From the human T2T-CHM13v2.0 reference genome, Homo sapiens: 64,000 nucleotides of DNA. Shown piece by piece: positions 30,747 through 43,065 of this stretch. Made by a program: the position numbers and the translations under genes. How positions within the stretch are numbered: position 1 is the first letter of the stretch; each line of letters opens with the position of its first letter. The stretch is from NCBI RefSeq assembly GCF_009914755.1, contig NC_060925.1; one strand, given 5' to 3'. The notes beneath the pieces were generated by a model. That model searched no databases. It was not told where the DNA came from and worked only from the letters and a program-made list of their open reading frames with translations.

Positions 30747-31125
30747 TGTATTACTTTACTAGGGCCACCATAACCGAGTACCATAAACTGGGTGGCCTCA
30801 ACTATAGACATTTATTTTCTCACAGTTTTGGAAGCTAGAAGTCCAGCCTCCACCTTGTCAGTAAGGTGGATTTCTTCTGAGCCCTCTCTCCTTGGCTCAT
30901 AGGTGGCAGCCTTGTCACTGTGTGCTCACACGGCCTTCCCTCTATGCATATCTGTGTCCTGATGTCCTCTTCTCATAGGACAGCAGTCACATTGGTTAAG
31001 GCCGACCCATATGACCTCATTTCATCTTCATCACCTCTTTCAAGACTCCATCTCCAAATAGTCACATTCTGAGCTGTTAAGGATTTGCTTCAATATATAA
31101 ATTTTAAGGGGATAAAACTCAGCCC
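30747..31125 (-). mobile_element. MLT1A/B LTR
   Basis: tgtattactttactagggccaccataac..accataaactgggtggcctcaac..atttattttctcacagttttggaagctagaagtcc. Confidence 0.85.
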
Positions 31126-31252
31126 AGAAGAGTGGCCAAGTGCGCTTTGTCATTCAAAGAAGAAACTTCGAGGTTGTCTAGAGGCTGCCCATCTCTCAGC
31201 TTCTCAGACACCCAGCTGTAGGGAGTTACATTTGCCTGAATTCTCCCACAAT

Positions 31253-31479
31253 GGGGGATCACATATATTGTTATCCAAACCAGGACACATTCCTGGTTTG
31301 CCTTTAGGGAATAGGGACTTGAGTCTGTGATTTTATTACTAATTGCATGTGAAGTGTTGTAAGCCCTGTGGAGCACACAAAATTCTAAGGGTAAAAGAGG
31401 GAGTTATTGATAATGATGCCAAGAAAACCAGAATAAACTGGAATCATCCCCCAGGTAAGCTGGGAAGTATGGTCTCCTA
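31253..31479 (+). mobile_element. MER94-like hAT-Blackjack element split by a templated insertion (~31293-31385)
   Basis: catatattgttatccaaaccaggacac | taagggtaaaagagggagttattgataat..aaactggaatcatccc..aagctgggaagtatggtc follows the recalled MER94 consensus on both sides of the insert. Confidence 0.65.
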
Positions 31480-32134
31480 TCCATAAATCCAGAACACAAG
31501 ATTTGCACATATAGCCACATTTACGGGAATAACCGGACTGTACAGTGTTCCCTGGATCGCTCTAGAGGAAACAGCAATGGAGGCGTGGACTCTGTTTTCA
31601 GACAGTGAGTCCACGAGCCCAGGTGAGCTGATCCACCCTCCCTTCTGCTAGCTGCAGGTGAATCCAGCCAGTAGGCTGTGCATTACTGTGCTTTAGTTCT
31701 GTGGCTCACTTTCCCTCTGTGCAAGGTGTGAGGACACACCCCCCGCTCCAAATCTCCAAAGGTCAGCTTCTAACAACAGGTGAACATGCTGGTCCTTTTA
31801 GGGGACACAACACCCAACTAGGGACAATACCAGCCTCCAGGAAGCATTTGGAAATGACTGGGGACATTTTAATTGTCATGCTGACTAAGGCCAAGAGGCA
31901 ACAATGCTCAACATCTTCCACTTCTGGACAACATAGACTTGTCCTGCACAAACTGCCCAGAGGAGCACAAATGCAGAATAGCAAAGCCTGGTTAAACACT
32001 ACAAAGCTGGCTGGAAATTTTCTGTGGTCAGGGAGACCTTTGGCTGGTGATTTTGCCATTCCACTTACTCTGTCCCTGCCTAGGATAAAACTTGTCTCCC
32101 TCACCCTCTTCCCACTTCAGAAAAACAGTGAGTC

Positions 32135-32330
32135 TAGAGTAGAATTTTAAGACAAGATCTGGGATTGAATACTGCCTACTATTTATGTGACCTTGGGCCA
32201 TCTAGCTAAGTTTTTTTGGGCTTCGTTTTCTTCATCTGTAGAATGGGGGACACACTAGCTCCTCCTACCTGTCTCAAAGGATTTGTGTCTCCCACAGGGC
32301 AATATTTGTAAAGTGCTTTGCAAACTGAAA
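32135..32330 (+). mobile_element. MIR
   Basis: tgtgaccttgggccatctagctaag..ttttcttcatctgtagaatgggggac..ttgtaaagtgctttgcaaac. Confidence 0.75.
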
Positions 32331-32646
32331 ATTCTGCAGCTAAGTCAGTTGTCACCACGATTAGCAGATATGCTTACTTGAGAAATCGCGCCCGATGTGA
32401 AATGGCTCAGCCTTTCCTACTGCACTTTACCGGAAGGAGAGAGGAAGAAGGGGAGAAGGGACGGCCTCTGCAGCTTGGCTTTACTTGCTTCCCCCTCCTC
32501 CCTCCTGCCCCTTATTTTCATTACAAACAAAGGTCCACAGAGGGCACATTTAAAACGAAGAAGTCGTCACTACTGTCCACCCACTGCCTGGCCTACGTCT
32601 TTGTAACAAAGGCCCTCTTGGGTTTTGTTCCCTCCCCTAAACCTTC

Positions 32647-32741
32647 TTTGCCTCTAGGGAACAGGGAACTGGGGAGTCCATGATTTTATTCCTAATTGCA
32701 TGTGAAGTGCTGTAAACCCCGTGGAGCACATAAAATTCTAA
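32647..32741 (+). repeat. Second copy of a local ~92-bp direct repeat (first copy at 31297-31388)
   Basis: The 61-bp core matches at 56/61 positions by manual alignment. Confidence 0.92.
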
Positions 32742-34599
32742 TCTATTTTAGTCCCCATTAATTTCCCACCCCTTTTCATTTATAACTTGCTCTCCTTTCT
32801 CTGTAATGCTCCCTTTTCCCTGATGGATTTGTAAATTCCCCTTTTATTCCCTTCCACCCCCTGGCAGGCATTAATTCAACCTCCAGTGAGGTCTTTTCCA
32901 TGTTTCCCTTTAAATCTTCCTGGGAGCCTCAGTGCTTCTGGAGAGAGGAGTTCAAGGGTGGGTCGGGAGACAGCATGGACAGTCTGACCTCCAGCTCTGG
33001 CCCGCTCTCTGGCCTTGTCAATGTCTCACAGGTGTCAACAAGCTGCTTTGTGACTTAATTTTATTGCCTGCGAAATGGTACTCAAGGTACCTGCCCAAGG
33101 CACACTTGACAGGCATGTTGTGCAGAGCAGTTAATTAGAGGTGGCCCTAGTGCCCCTCCTCTAACTCTCCAGGATTACGCCCTGCGGCCCCATTCTCTTG
33201 CATAGTGGATATAAATTTGCAACCAATACTCTCAGGCGCAAGACATGTCGCATTATTTAACTTTTCTAAATTAAATTAAATATGACTCTGAGCCCTCCCT
33301 TGTTAGGGTATTGAGGAGTTAAATCAAAATCATTACTAGGCTTCCCCTCTGAAGGGCAATGCAGAGGTGCCAGGGATCTTACCCAGCACTCAGCCTCCAG
33401 GAATGGACCCAGGTCTTTGTCCACAAATTTCATAGCTCTAACCACCTTACCTAAATCATCGTCGTCTCCTGAAAATGGAAAAACTCGGGTCCTTGCCGCC
33501 AGGGCACACAGAGTCAATCCCCTCTGGGGTAATTTCCCAGCCCTAAGAGCCAGGATGGCACCCAAAATAAGGTTCCCTCCCTGAGAAAGGGAAACTCTCC
33601 CTTCATGGGGGTTGGCTCTTTCACCTCTAACCATCTCTCCAACTGCCTTCATCTCCCCACCTACCACCACTGCCACCCCAACCCCGCATGATGTTGTCTC
33701 AAAAAGTGTTAGAAACAGGTTAGTTACTTTTTCAGAAGAGGTGTCTGTTTTGCAAAGGGGACTTTATGCAGAGTCTCTTTTGCAAGTTATGTAAACATAA
33801 AATCCAATAACAGATTAAAGTTTTGCTGTCTCACCTGCTTCAAAGCTTCTCCCTTCCCCTTCCCTCCCACTTCAGCTCAGGACTGATACAGGCATGGAGC
33901 CTACTATGGGAGAGAGGGTCATTCTACTCACACCTCACTTGCTCACCTCTCCAGGGCCCCTGCCCTGGGTGGAGGTGGGGATGCCAAAATGGGCACCATC
34001 TTCGGTAGACAGCCCTGCAGTGTCAGGCCTTCTGTATGTCCAAAGCTTCATACTGCATTTAGAGATCCTTGTCCCACTCCGCATTTTGGGGGCCTTCCAC
34101 CTGAGATTTCCATCTTGATCTGGCCACCCTCAATCTCTTCCTTAGCCTCTGTTCTACCCTTCTGTTGGTGTCACCTTGAACTTTCAGGCCGCCAGTCCAC
34201 ATCCAGCCTGGGAAATAGAGCCACGTACTTGCCCCCTCTGAACTCTGGAAAAGCAGGCTCCCACCACAGGCCTCCACCTCAGGCTGCATCAGCCATCTCT
34301 CTTTTGGAATTTTTTTTATTTTAAACTCTTTAAGCCAGGCACCAGTCCCTAGTTACCCTCAAACTCCAAGAAACATATATTAAATCCTCCCCACGAGTTC
34401 TCTTGAGATTTGATCCCCTTACCCCACCACTTGGCTCTCTCTAAAGCAATCCTTACTCTAAAACCCTTTAAATCCTCCTTTCCGATTTAATCTCAGATTC
34501 TTCTATTGACGCAGCAGTTGGGAGATCCTGCAGAAGTTGTGAGCACCTATTGTTCTCAGCTTTGGGACCCCAAAGACAAGAAGGGTCTCGTTTTATCAT

Positions 34600-35160
34600 C
34601 CTGTTACAAACGTGTAGCATAATCTCAGGCAGTGATGAGTGTAATAAAAAATAAACTCGTACAAAGGGAGCAAGGTGACAGCAGGGATCATTTGAAGAGT
34701 TGACATTAGAGCAGAGAGGTGGACAGTTGTAGGGCTGCCCAGACAGGTGTCTGGGGAAAGAGCATTCCAGGAGGAGTATGTGGCAAGGGTGTGGTCCTGA
34801 CATGCTGCAGGAGATGAGACCAGCTGGTGCAGAAGGAACAGGTGAGCCGGCTGGCCAGGAGGAGGGAATGGTAACCAGACGGCAGAGCATTTGGGTCGGT
34901 CTCTTAGGCATGGTAAAGAGTGTGGATGTTATTCTAGTGGATGAGAAATTCCTGGGGGTTGGGAGCAAGTGTTAAAGGATCAGGTGGCCTTTGTGTGGGA
35001 AATAGACTGTTGAGAAACAAGAGTGGGGGCTCCATGAGAAGATCCCAGCAAGAGCAGTAAGAGACCTTCAGAGGAGGTGGTCACATTTGAGATATGTTAT
35101 GAAAACATGGGCAGCAAGATATTTTGACAGAATGCATTCAGTATGTGAGAAACAGAATTT
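34600..35160 (-). mobile_element. L2 fragment
   Basis: gtctggggaaagagcattccagg..ggcatggtaaagagtgtggatgttattct..gtgggaaatagactg. Confidence 0.75.
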
Positions 35161-35723
35161 GCAGAAGGAAGATTTTGAACTTCCAAGTAGCTCCAGCTAG
35201 GACTGCCCACAGGAAGCCATATTACCAGGACAAGCAGAGCTTTTCATCATGGACTTGACTTGAATTTGCAGTCTCAAAGTTACCTAACCACACAATCTTC
35301 TCCCATCTCTCAAATGGGTGGATTTACAAGATAACATCTATAAAGCAGTTTTTTCAAGGTTTGGTCCCAGGGCTACTATTATAGATGAAGAGCCAATTAT
35401 ATACACAACCTTTTTCCAATTGCTTTATATTTGGATCTCAAAGTATAAAAGATAAGAATAAGTTTGATGGGGACATATTAAGAATAAGAAAGAAAATTAA
35501 ATTGAATATTATATTTAAGTCAGTGGCTCTCTCAACTAACCCAATCCAAGCTTAATTTTCAATCGTTGCTTAGCTGTTAAGTTTTCTTTTAGGGTTACAG
35601 AAAAAAAATGTTAGTTTACCCTCAAGGTGTTGTCTATCCCCAGTTTTTTATTGACTTCTGTTGTTGCCTGCACTGTTATGGTTTCATAGTCTTAATATCC
35701 TACTTGAATAGAGCTGTACATTT

Positions 35724-35760
35724 TATATATATAGATATAGATATAGATATATAGATATAA
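35724..35760. repeat. (TA)n/(TATAGA)n microsatellite
   Basis: tatatatatagatatagatatagatatatagata. Confidence 0.9.
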
Positions 35761-36456
35761 CTTTCATACAGATATATTAGTTTTTAGCTGCTGCTTGAAA
35801 CTCCCATTTCTTTCTGAAATATATATGTTTCAGTGAAAGGATTATGAAATCTAAAATCCAAATGGTCCTGGGCAGGCAGATAACAGCTGTGTAGAAGGGC
35901 TAGGTGTGCAGGGACTAATGGGTGCTCTGGAGAACAGCAAAGTTTGTGCCCACAGAAAGTCATTTCAATTAAGAAAAGGAAAAGAATTAAACAGTGTGCT
36001 GACAAAACAAAACACAATGCTTATAAGAAAACGTAATGTTTATAAGACCCATCTCCACATTGTCTCTCCTGATTGCGTGAAACAATATTTTCTCTTAGAC
36101 CCCAAGCCTACACTTTTCCTGATCAGTTAAAAACAGATGCTAAAGTATGCCCAAACAAGCACACAAAAAAAGCCTTCTTTGGCTTGCTTAGCAAGGACAT
36201 TGCATATTGCTACTATCCCTCCTGTGAGTACTTTATCTGTATTTCTCTTACATAGGGTCACTACTTTATTACTTTATTATGCATTTACAATTTGATTCTC
36301 TACTAACAAAAAGATATTCTTAAAGAGGCAATATTTTTAACTCTGTCTTTTGAGTCTTTAAAAATCTAAATAGAACAAACATGTTTTCAAACTTTCAAAA
36401 CTAGTGTTTTCTTCCATTTGAATAGTTCTTAATACTTTTCAAAGTGCTTGCATACA

Positions 36457-36870
36457 CTAGCTCAGTTAGGATGTGCTAGGTTATGCTACAGTAATAAACA
36501 ACTCCAAAATCTCAAAAGCCCAACATAATAAAAATTCTTCCCCACGTTATATGTCTAATATGGGTCATCAGAGGGCTTCTGCTCACTGTAGTCAGTTACA
36601 GACTCAGCACACTAAGACCAAGATTCATCTCCGTATAATCTTCTGCAATCACTACTGTAGGTGAGAAGGAGGTGAGGCAAGTCAAGCCCCATTTTGTCAC
36701 GTTCTACCTGAGAGTGATATACATCACTTCTGCTCACATTTCATTGGCCAAAGTACTTTGTATGTCAATACTTTTTTATCCTTAGGGCAAGTAGGAGGTG
36801 CAACCCTACCATGCACCAAAAGAAGCAAAGCCAGAAGCATTTGTTAAACTGCACTATGAGCTATAACATT
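36457..36870 (-). mobile_element. MLT1J-like LTR
   Basis: tcagttaggatgtgctaggttatgctacagtaataaacaactccaaaatctca..catcacttctgctcacatttcattggccaaag. Confidence 0.8.
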
Positions 36871-37784
36871 CATAGAGGTATTTTTACATTAAGTCCTTCC
36901 CAGAGGTAGAGCCAGAAATCTTTCTATTTAGCATAGGAAAACTCAGTCACAGACCGAGACTGGGAGAGCGGAGACAAGCGCCCTGTTTTCCTAAATCTTA
37001 GTTTAATGTCTTTCCATCACAGCATGCTCTCATCCCTTGGCTGTGTTAGCTAGACTTTTTTTTTCAACTAACTAATTTATTTATTTATACTCTCCCGGTT
37101 TCAAAGAATATTTGAGTGACATTATGTGATAGTTGTGTCACGGCCTTATTTTATTATATACACATGGAGCTTCTGGCTGTGATTATATTGCAGAAAACAC
37201 AGGTTTTATAATCATTTGATTTTTTTCATTTATTTTAATGACCTATTAAAATAATGATATGGTTGATTCAATCAACTAAACTGTTTAAGATTCTTGAAAA
37301 TAATGATTCCCTTGAAGGAAAATAAAAGTCATCTCAGAGGTCATCTGTGGGTGTTAGACAGACGTTTTCAAGTGTAATGTGCTACAATGGTACACCCCTT
37401 GTGCTAACAGCTGAAAGGGAGAAAAGTAGCATTAAAAGCTCCTATGTGCCTTTGAGAATCTGAGCAAAACATTCCAAATTTCCATCCACACGAGGTTGTT
37501 ACAAGACAAAAGGGGGCCCTTTGGCCAGGGAATGAGATGATTCGCTTAACACTTTCTAGGGCAAAATGAGACAAAGATGAAATACACATTAGATGACAAC
37601 AAAAGATTTGTAATCACAAGGACAATAGCTTATGTAGTTTTATAAGAAATTTAAGCAGCGTTGTTTTCTCTCATTCTCATCATGTATTTTCTTTAGTTAG
37701 AATTAATAAATTCCTTAGATATCTGGCAATCCAGTCTTTAGATAACAGATACATTTGCATAACAATAATAAACCCTCTGCCCAC

Positions 37785-37817
<33 letters not shown>

Positions 37818-37848
37818 TGAGAGACAGAGAGAGACAGAGAGCGAGAGA
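37785..37848. repeat. (TG)n followed by (GA)n compound microsatellite
   Basis: Directly visible in the sequence. Confidence 0.92.
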
Positions 37849-38699
37849 TGTGGTGTGTTAGCTAGTGGATGTGCATGTGTCTGCATTTCTAGGGCCCATG
37901 GGATGAAACTACAGTGAAAAATTTAGAGGCAGTGTATTTTTCTCAGCTTGCTGGAGACTGGTTTCAGGCTTCTTCATTCTAATAGGAATCAAATGAAGAA
38001 TGCTGACTCATTAAGAGGCTGCACTGAGAGGTGTGAATTCCTAGCTGTTGGCTATGCATGGCTGTGGGTTGGTATTTCAAAAGGTGAGAAAATAATTTTA
38101 CTTAATGTTTAAGGAATTACATTAGAAATTTAGGCCTGGAAGTTCTGTTTACAAGGGCTTTCAAACTTGAACAATATTTCAGTTTGTTGCCATAGCACTG
38201 ACAAGAATATATTTTATTCTAAACAGCTACAGGAGACAAAAAAAAGTATAGTGAAGATAATGATAATATCTAACTCAAGGTGGTTCTGTCCACCACATAA
38301 TAACAACAGGTCAAGAGTTATCATCATCATCATCATTATAATAAAATATCAATATACTGATGATTTTCAATCTTTTAAAACTTCCTAGCCATAAAAATCC
38401 ATTATTCAAATATTATTTGAAATGGAAGCCCTCTGAGTAAAACATGTATGTAAAATAAAATTGCTTTGGTTGAAGACAGAGTAGAAACCCTGAACCCCAC
38501 CAGGTCTCCCAACTCCCTCCCTACCCTCACTGGGCTCTCTAGGGCATATTTGGAAAATCATTGTTTTCAAAATTATCTTTCATTTGTGTCTGATGTAGGT
38601 AAAATTTTTAACTACACAATCCCCCTCATCACTTTCCCCCCACACAAACTCATTACTTCAGGGCAGGTTATTGGGCAAATGTACTAAGCATAGATAATC

Positions 38700-38940
38700 C
38701 CTAATAATGGCAACAACTCTTTACCTAAGGGCTTACCCATTTTGCTCAAAACTTTATACATATTATCTCCAATTCTCATTTCAGCAGTGTGAGATTAGTA
38801 TTATTTTCCTAATTTTTAAAATGGGGAAAGGAGACACAAAGAGGGAACAACGACTGGAAAGTTGGTGGAAAAGCTAGGATTTGAATCTGAGTTTGTTTTT
38901 CTTCAAAGCTTAAGCTCTTTCCACTTTACCACACTGCTCT
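38700..38940 (-). mobile_element. MIR
   Basis: tattattttcctaattttt..atggggaaaggagacacaaagagg..ctaggatttgaatctgag. Confidence 0.65.
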
Positions 38941-39794
38941 CAAACTGGAGATCTGTGCATGTCTATGGGCTTTATACTAAGTTTTAAATTCAACTTTAAT
39001 CTTGTAATAATCCAACAACTTTAATGTATGTCTATTCTGGATCATCCCAACAGCCCCAAGATTTCAGTGCTCTTATTTGCTTTTGTTAGCAATTACATTG
39101 TTGCCAAGTGACACTACTTTAATGGCTCTTACTAACGAGAAAAGAACAGAGGTGAACTGAATAGTAAATGATGCGTTTGTGCCAAATGAAGGCCAAATGA
39201 CATCACAGTAGGCTGTAGAAAGTAGTTCCGATAGAGGAGAGCAGCGTGCAAATAGCACATAGGTAATAATAGGGGCACATGGAACTCTAAGGAACTGGGG
39301 CTGCAGCAGCCACTGCCATGCTCATGTTGCAAACTGTGATTGAGTTTCAGTCAAACACTACTCATCATAGTACATGAATGTTGTTCATTTGAATTTTATT
39401 ATGTTTATATTTGAGTTTGGATTTAGTTGATTAAGTTGTGTTGGATGTAGTAGGGTTCTTACTATCAACAGTTTATATCTAGTTTTATGGTAAACATATT
39501 TAAGTAACATAAACATAATTTAACACAGGAATCCTTGTGTATTTATTTTCCCTCTAAAGGGAGTCTACATACAGTGCTTGAGTTTGAAGAATACTGCACC
39601 AAATGAATGGGTTGTCTATTTACTGGGTTTGCTCTTGGGAAACTTTCAAGTTAAGAATCTGAAGACTGATCCATTCTATTAAAAGTCTACTCAATTCCAC
39701 CAAACAATTGGTTGACTGACTTTTTTTTTCGTTTTTCTAAATTTACTGAAACCATCTGAAAAACTCTAAATATAAAATCTGCTCATTATAAAGG

Positions 39795-39824
39795 GTGTGT
39801 GTGTGCGTGTGTGTGTGTGTGTGT
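39795..39824. repeat. (TG)n microsatellite
   Basis: Directly visible in the sequence. Confidence 0.92.
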
Positions 39825-40182
39825 CCTTGAGAGTGGTTGTTATGTGCCAGAAAATTTCAATCATATACCTTTGGTTCTAGTAATTAATACTGACTTTATT
39901 AGAGTTATTAATCCAAAAACTTAATCCTTCCTTAAGCTTTTTAGTTCAATTCACAAATCTCATTATTTTACCTTTAAATGTAGCTAATCTCAACAATCAT
40001 ATTTTGAGGGCTTTTGTTAACGTTTGCTCTTACTTACAAACTTGGTTAAGCCCTTTTACAAATTTTAAACTACGTTTATAATTTAATATCTTCAACTTCC
40101 TCTTTAAACACTTCGCTTATCTGACCAGAAAACATTTCCCATACTTAACTGATTTTTGTAAGTCTAACAAATTAGACTTTTA

Positions 40183-40503
<321 letters not shown>

Positions 40504-41639
40504 TTAAGTTCTCTTAAATATTTAAACACTGTCTATACAATTAGTTAGATTCCAACCAAAAATTACAGGACTAAGTCAATTACTCAATTGTATATTTATA
40601 GTGATATTACAAGGCTAAGCCATTGTTCTAATAGGGCATTACTAGTATTCAAACATTGCTGGTAACTAAAATTCCAAATTTTTCCACATTCCTGACACAA
40701 AGACATTACTAGCTTGGTTCTGGTCTTTTAAACATTTCAATAATTAATTAGAAATTCTGTGAGGTTTGAAAGATGTATACACAGTGAAGAAACCATTATT
40801 ATCCACACAATTTGGGTGGATACTTCTGACCCAGTTGAGGTTACACTGACGACCCAAGGTTTCAGCTGGGATAGTGACTGAATACTTGTCTGCAACACTA
40901 ATAGGCCATGTCTAGTTCCATTTACAGTGGTTATACCAAAATCTTTCAATAAGGTGGCCTCATAAACTGATTAGCCCATGTCTTTGTGATCAAGTAATAT
41001 ATTACATGATTATTTCACTTACCCTAGAAAACTGCATTCTTAACACAGGCTCAATTTTGGATTTTGCTTTTCTTTGTTTCTTAAAAGACATGAATGCATT
41101 TTCCAGTTAACTTTAAAGACTTTTGGACATGTCAGAATCTTGCATTCTTTTCATATGTTTTCTATCTCTTAAAATGGAATTCTAATATCTCTTATGACTG
41201 GCTGACCATTCACCCACAACTTTTAAGGTCATTTCTCTGACACAACCTATTTCTAAGACTCATCAAAATCAATTTGGAAATCTAGCCCAGTTATTTTCAA
41301 AATTTTGCATTTGTTTTGGAACTCCTTGTTCAACTGTAATGTTATACAGAACTACGAACAAACAAAACAGACAAAAGCTTCAGATTCTATCATTTTAAAA
41401 CAATGAGGACCTCCAGGCATGAGATCACAGGGAAAGCTTCTCCAACTTTTATTTTTATGGTCTTGGCCATCAGCCAAGCTGTCACATCATCCTGGCTAGC
41501 AGTCGTAAGAGTGGAGCATATGGCCACATGTCTTACAGGCAATGATAGCAGTAAACTATGGACCTGGTGCTTTGGATGATTGTTGAGCCATGCACAAAAT
41601 CCAGGTAAGGCTGAGTTGCAAAAAGTGGTGTGAGGAGGA

Positions 41640-42083
41640 GGGATTATGGAAGACTGATAGCTGTTATCTAAAATCCATGTTCCTCTTCTTTCTTTGTACA
41701 TAGGTAGATTACATTTCCCAGACTTCCTTGCAATTAGATATGCCCATGTGACTGAGTTCTAGCCAATGGGTTGTGAATAGATATAGGATGTTCTCCACTT
41801 CTATTTCTATCCCAGAAAAGTCCCCCTTACCCTTTCCTCCATGCTTTTTTCCCCTTATGATTGGCAGGAATGGAGACAACCCTCATCTTGGCAGTCACAA
41901 TTTAAAGATGACACTTTCTCCATCAGCCTGGAGATTAATAATTGCATGGATGAGGGCCACTTCATCAACTTGTTCTCCCTTTCAGCACTGTTACACATCA
42001 GAAAGCAAACTTGTACTGTGTTAGAGCTGTTATACTTTTGGGGACTTGTTTGTTATAGTGGCTAGCTTACCTTAACTAATACA
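41640..42083 (+). mobile_element. MLT1 (H/I/J-like) LTR
   Basis: tacatttcccagacttccttgcaattagatatgcccatgtgactgagttctagccaatgg..ccttaactaataca. Confidence 0.8.
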
Positions 42084-42789
42084 GCAATCAGTGAGATCCA
42101 CCTATCTATATGGCCCTTTACTCTGACTTCCATGAATAGTGTCTCAGTCATTGTTAATGTCTCAAGCAGAAGGTACCCCTTGACAATGTCCACTCGGAAT
42201 GATGCAAGCTTGAGGCTGGTCAACAGTGGGGCCTGGTAATCCACACACAAGAGACTCCAGCTTGCATCATTTTCAGTGCATTCTTGATTCCCTTGGAATC
42301 AGGCACCACCAACAGTGTCTGAAAATAGGTCTGGTGCCCTGACTCTTAGACTGGAAGAATGCGGAGAAGGGGTACAGTTTCTCTATTACTTGTATCTGGA
42401 GACTTTTCCTGATCATGACAGGTGATTCCAGAGGTTTCAGGGCAGGATAGCTACATACAGCATGACCAGCTCTCTCACAACACAGGTGTGATTACTCACA
42501 CTGATGACACAGTTGCTGAATAAGTCAGCAGAGTGTATTTCCATCAAAGAAGTATCCCATGCTGAAGAATAGGTTTAATTAATTAGGAATTAGAGCCAAA
42601 CGGCCTTTCAGCCTTGTAGAGCAGGATCACTAGAGTGGCTGGCCTTTACCACTGGAGCCACCCCATCATAGAAGGGATCACTAGAGCTCTCTGTGGAGTT
42701 GTGTACACACAGGCAGCTGCATTCTCCATTAACAGAGCATTTGTATATATGTTATTTATTCACTCTAGGGTGCCCCCCACCTCTGCCCC

Positions 42790-43065
42790 CACAATTAAAT
42801 GACTCCTAGAATTCTTTAACATTCAGATGAAATCTCATCTACTTTGAGAAGCCTATGATCCCTCAGAATGGGTTAGCTGTTTCCTTCTCTGTTTTTCCAT
42901 AGTACCATCAACATAATTCTATGTATTAACCAGTTTTGTATTTCTTCACTGTTCTCCCTCTCACCAGACTGTGAAATGGGGGCAGTGGCTGTGTCTTTCC
43001 TCTTCTGAACCACCTACTCTTTATCACCATGTGTCACTCAAGAAATATCTGTTGATGAATTAATA
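42790..43065 (+). mobile_element. L2 3' fragment
   Basis: caccagactgtgaa..ggcagtggctgtgtct..actcaagaaatatctgttgatgaat. Confidence 0.6.

Noticed and set aside
31701-32150. 149-aa ORF
   Set aside because: Non-ATG start, and it overlaps a degenerate MER20-like fragment.
34468-34968. 166-aa ORF
   Set aside because: Lies in an L2 fragment; no recognisable protein similarity by eye.
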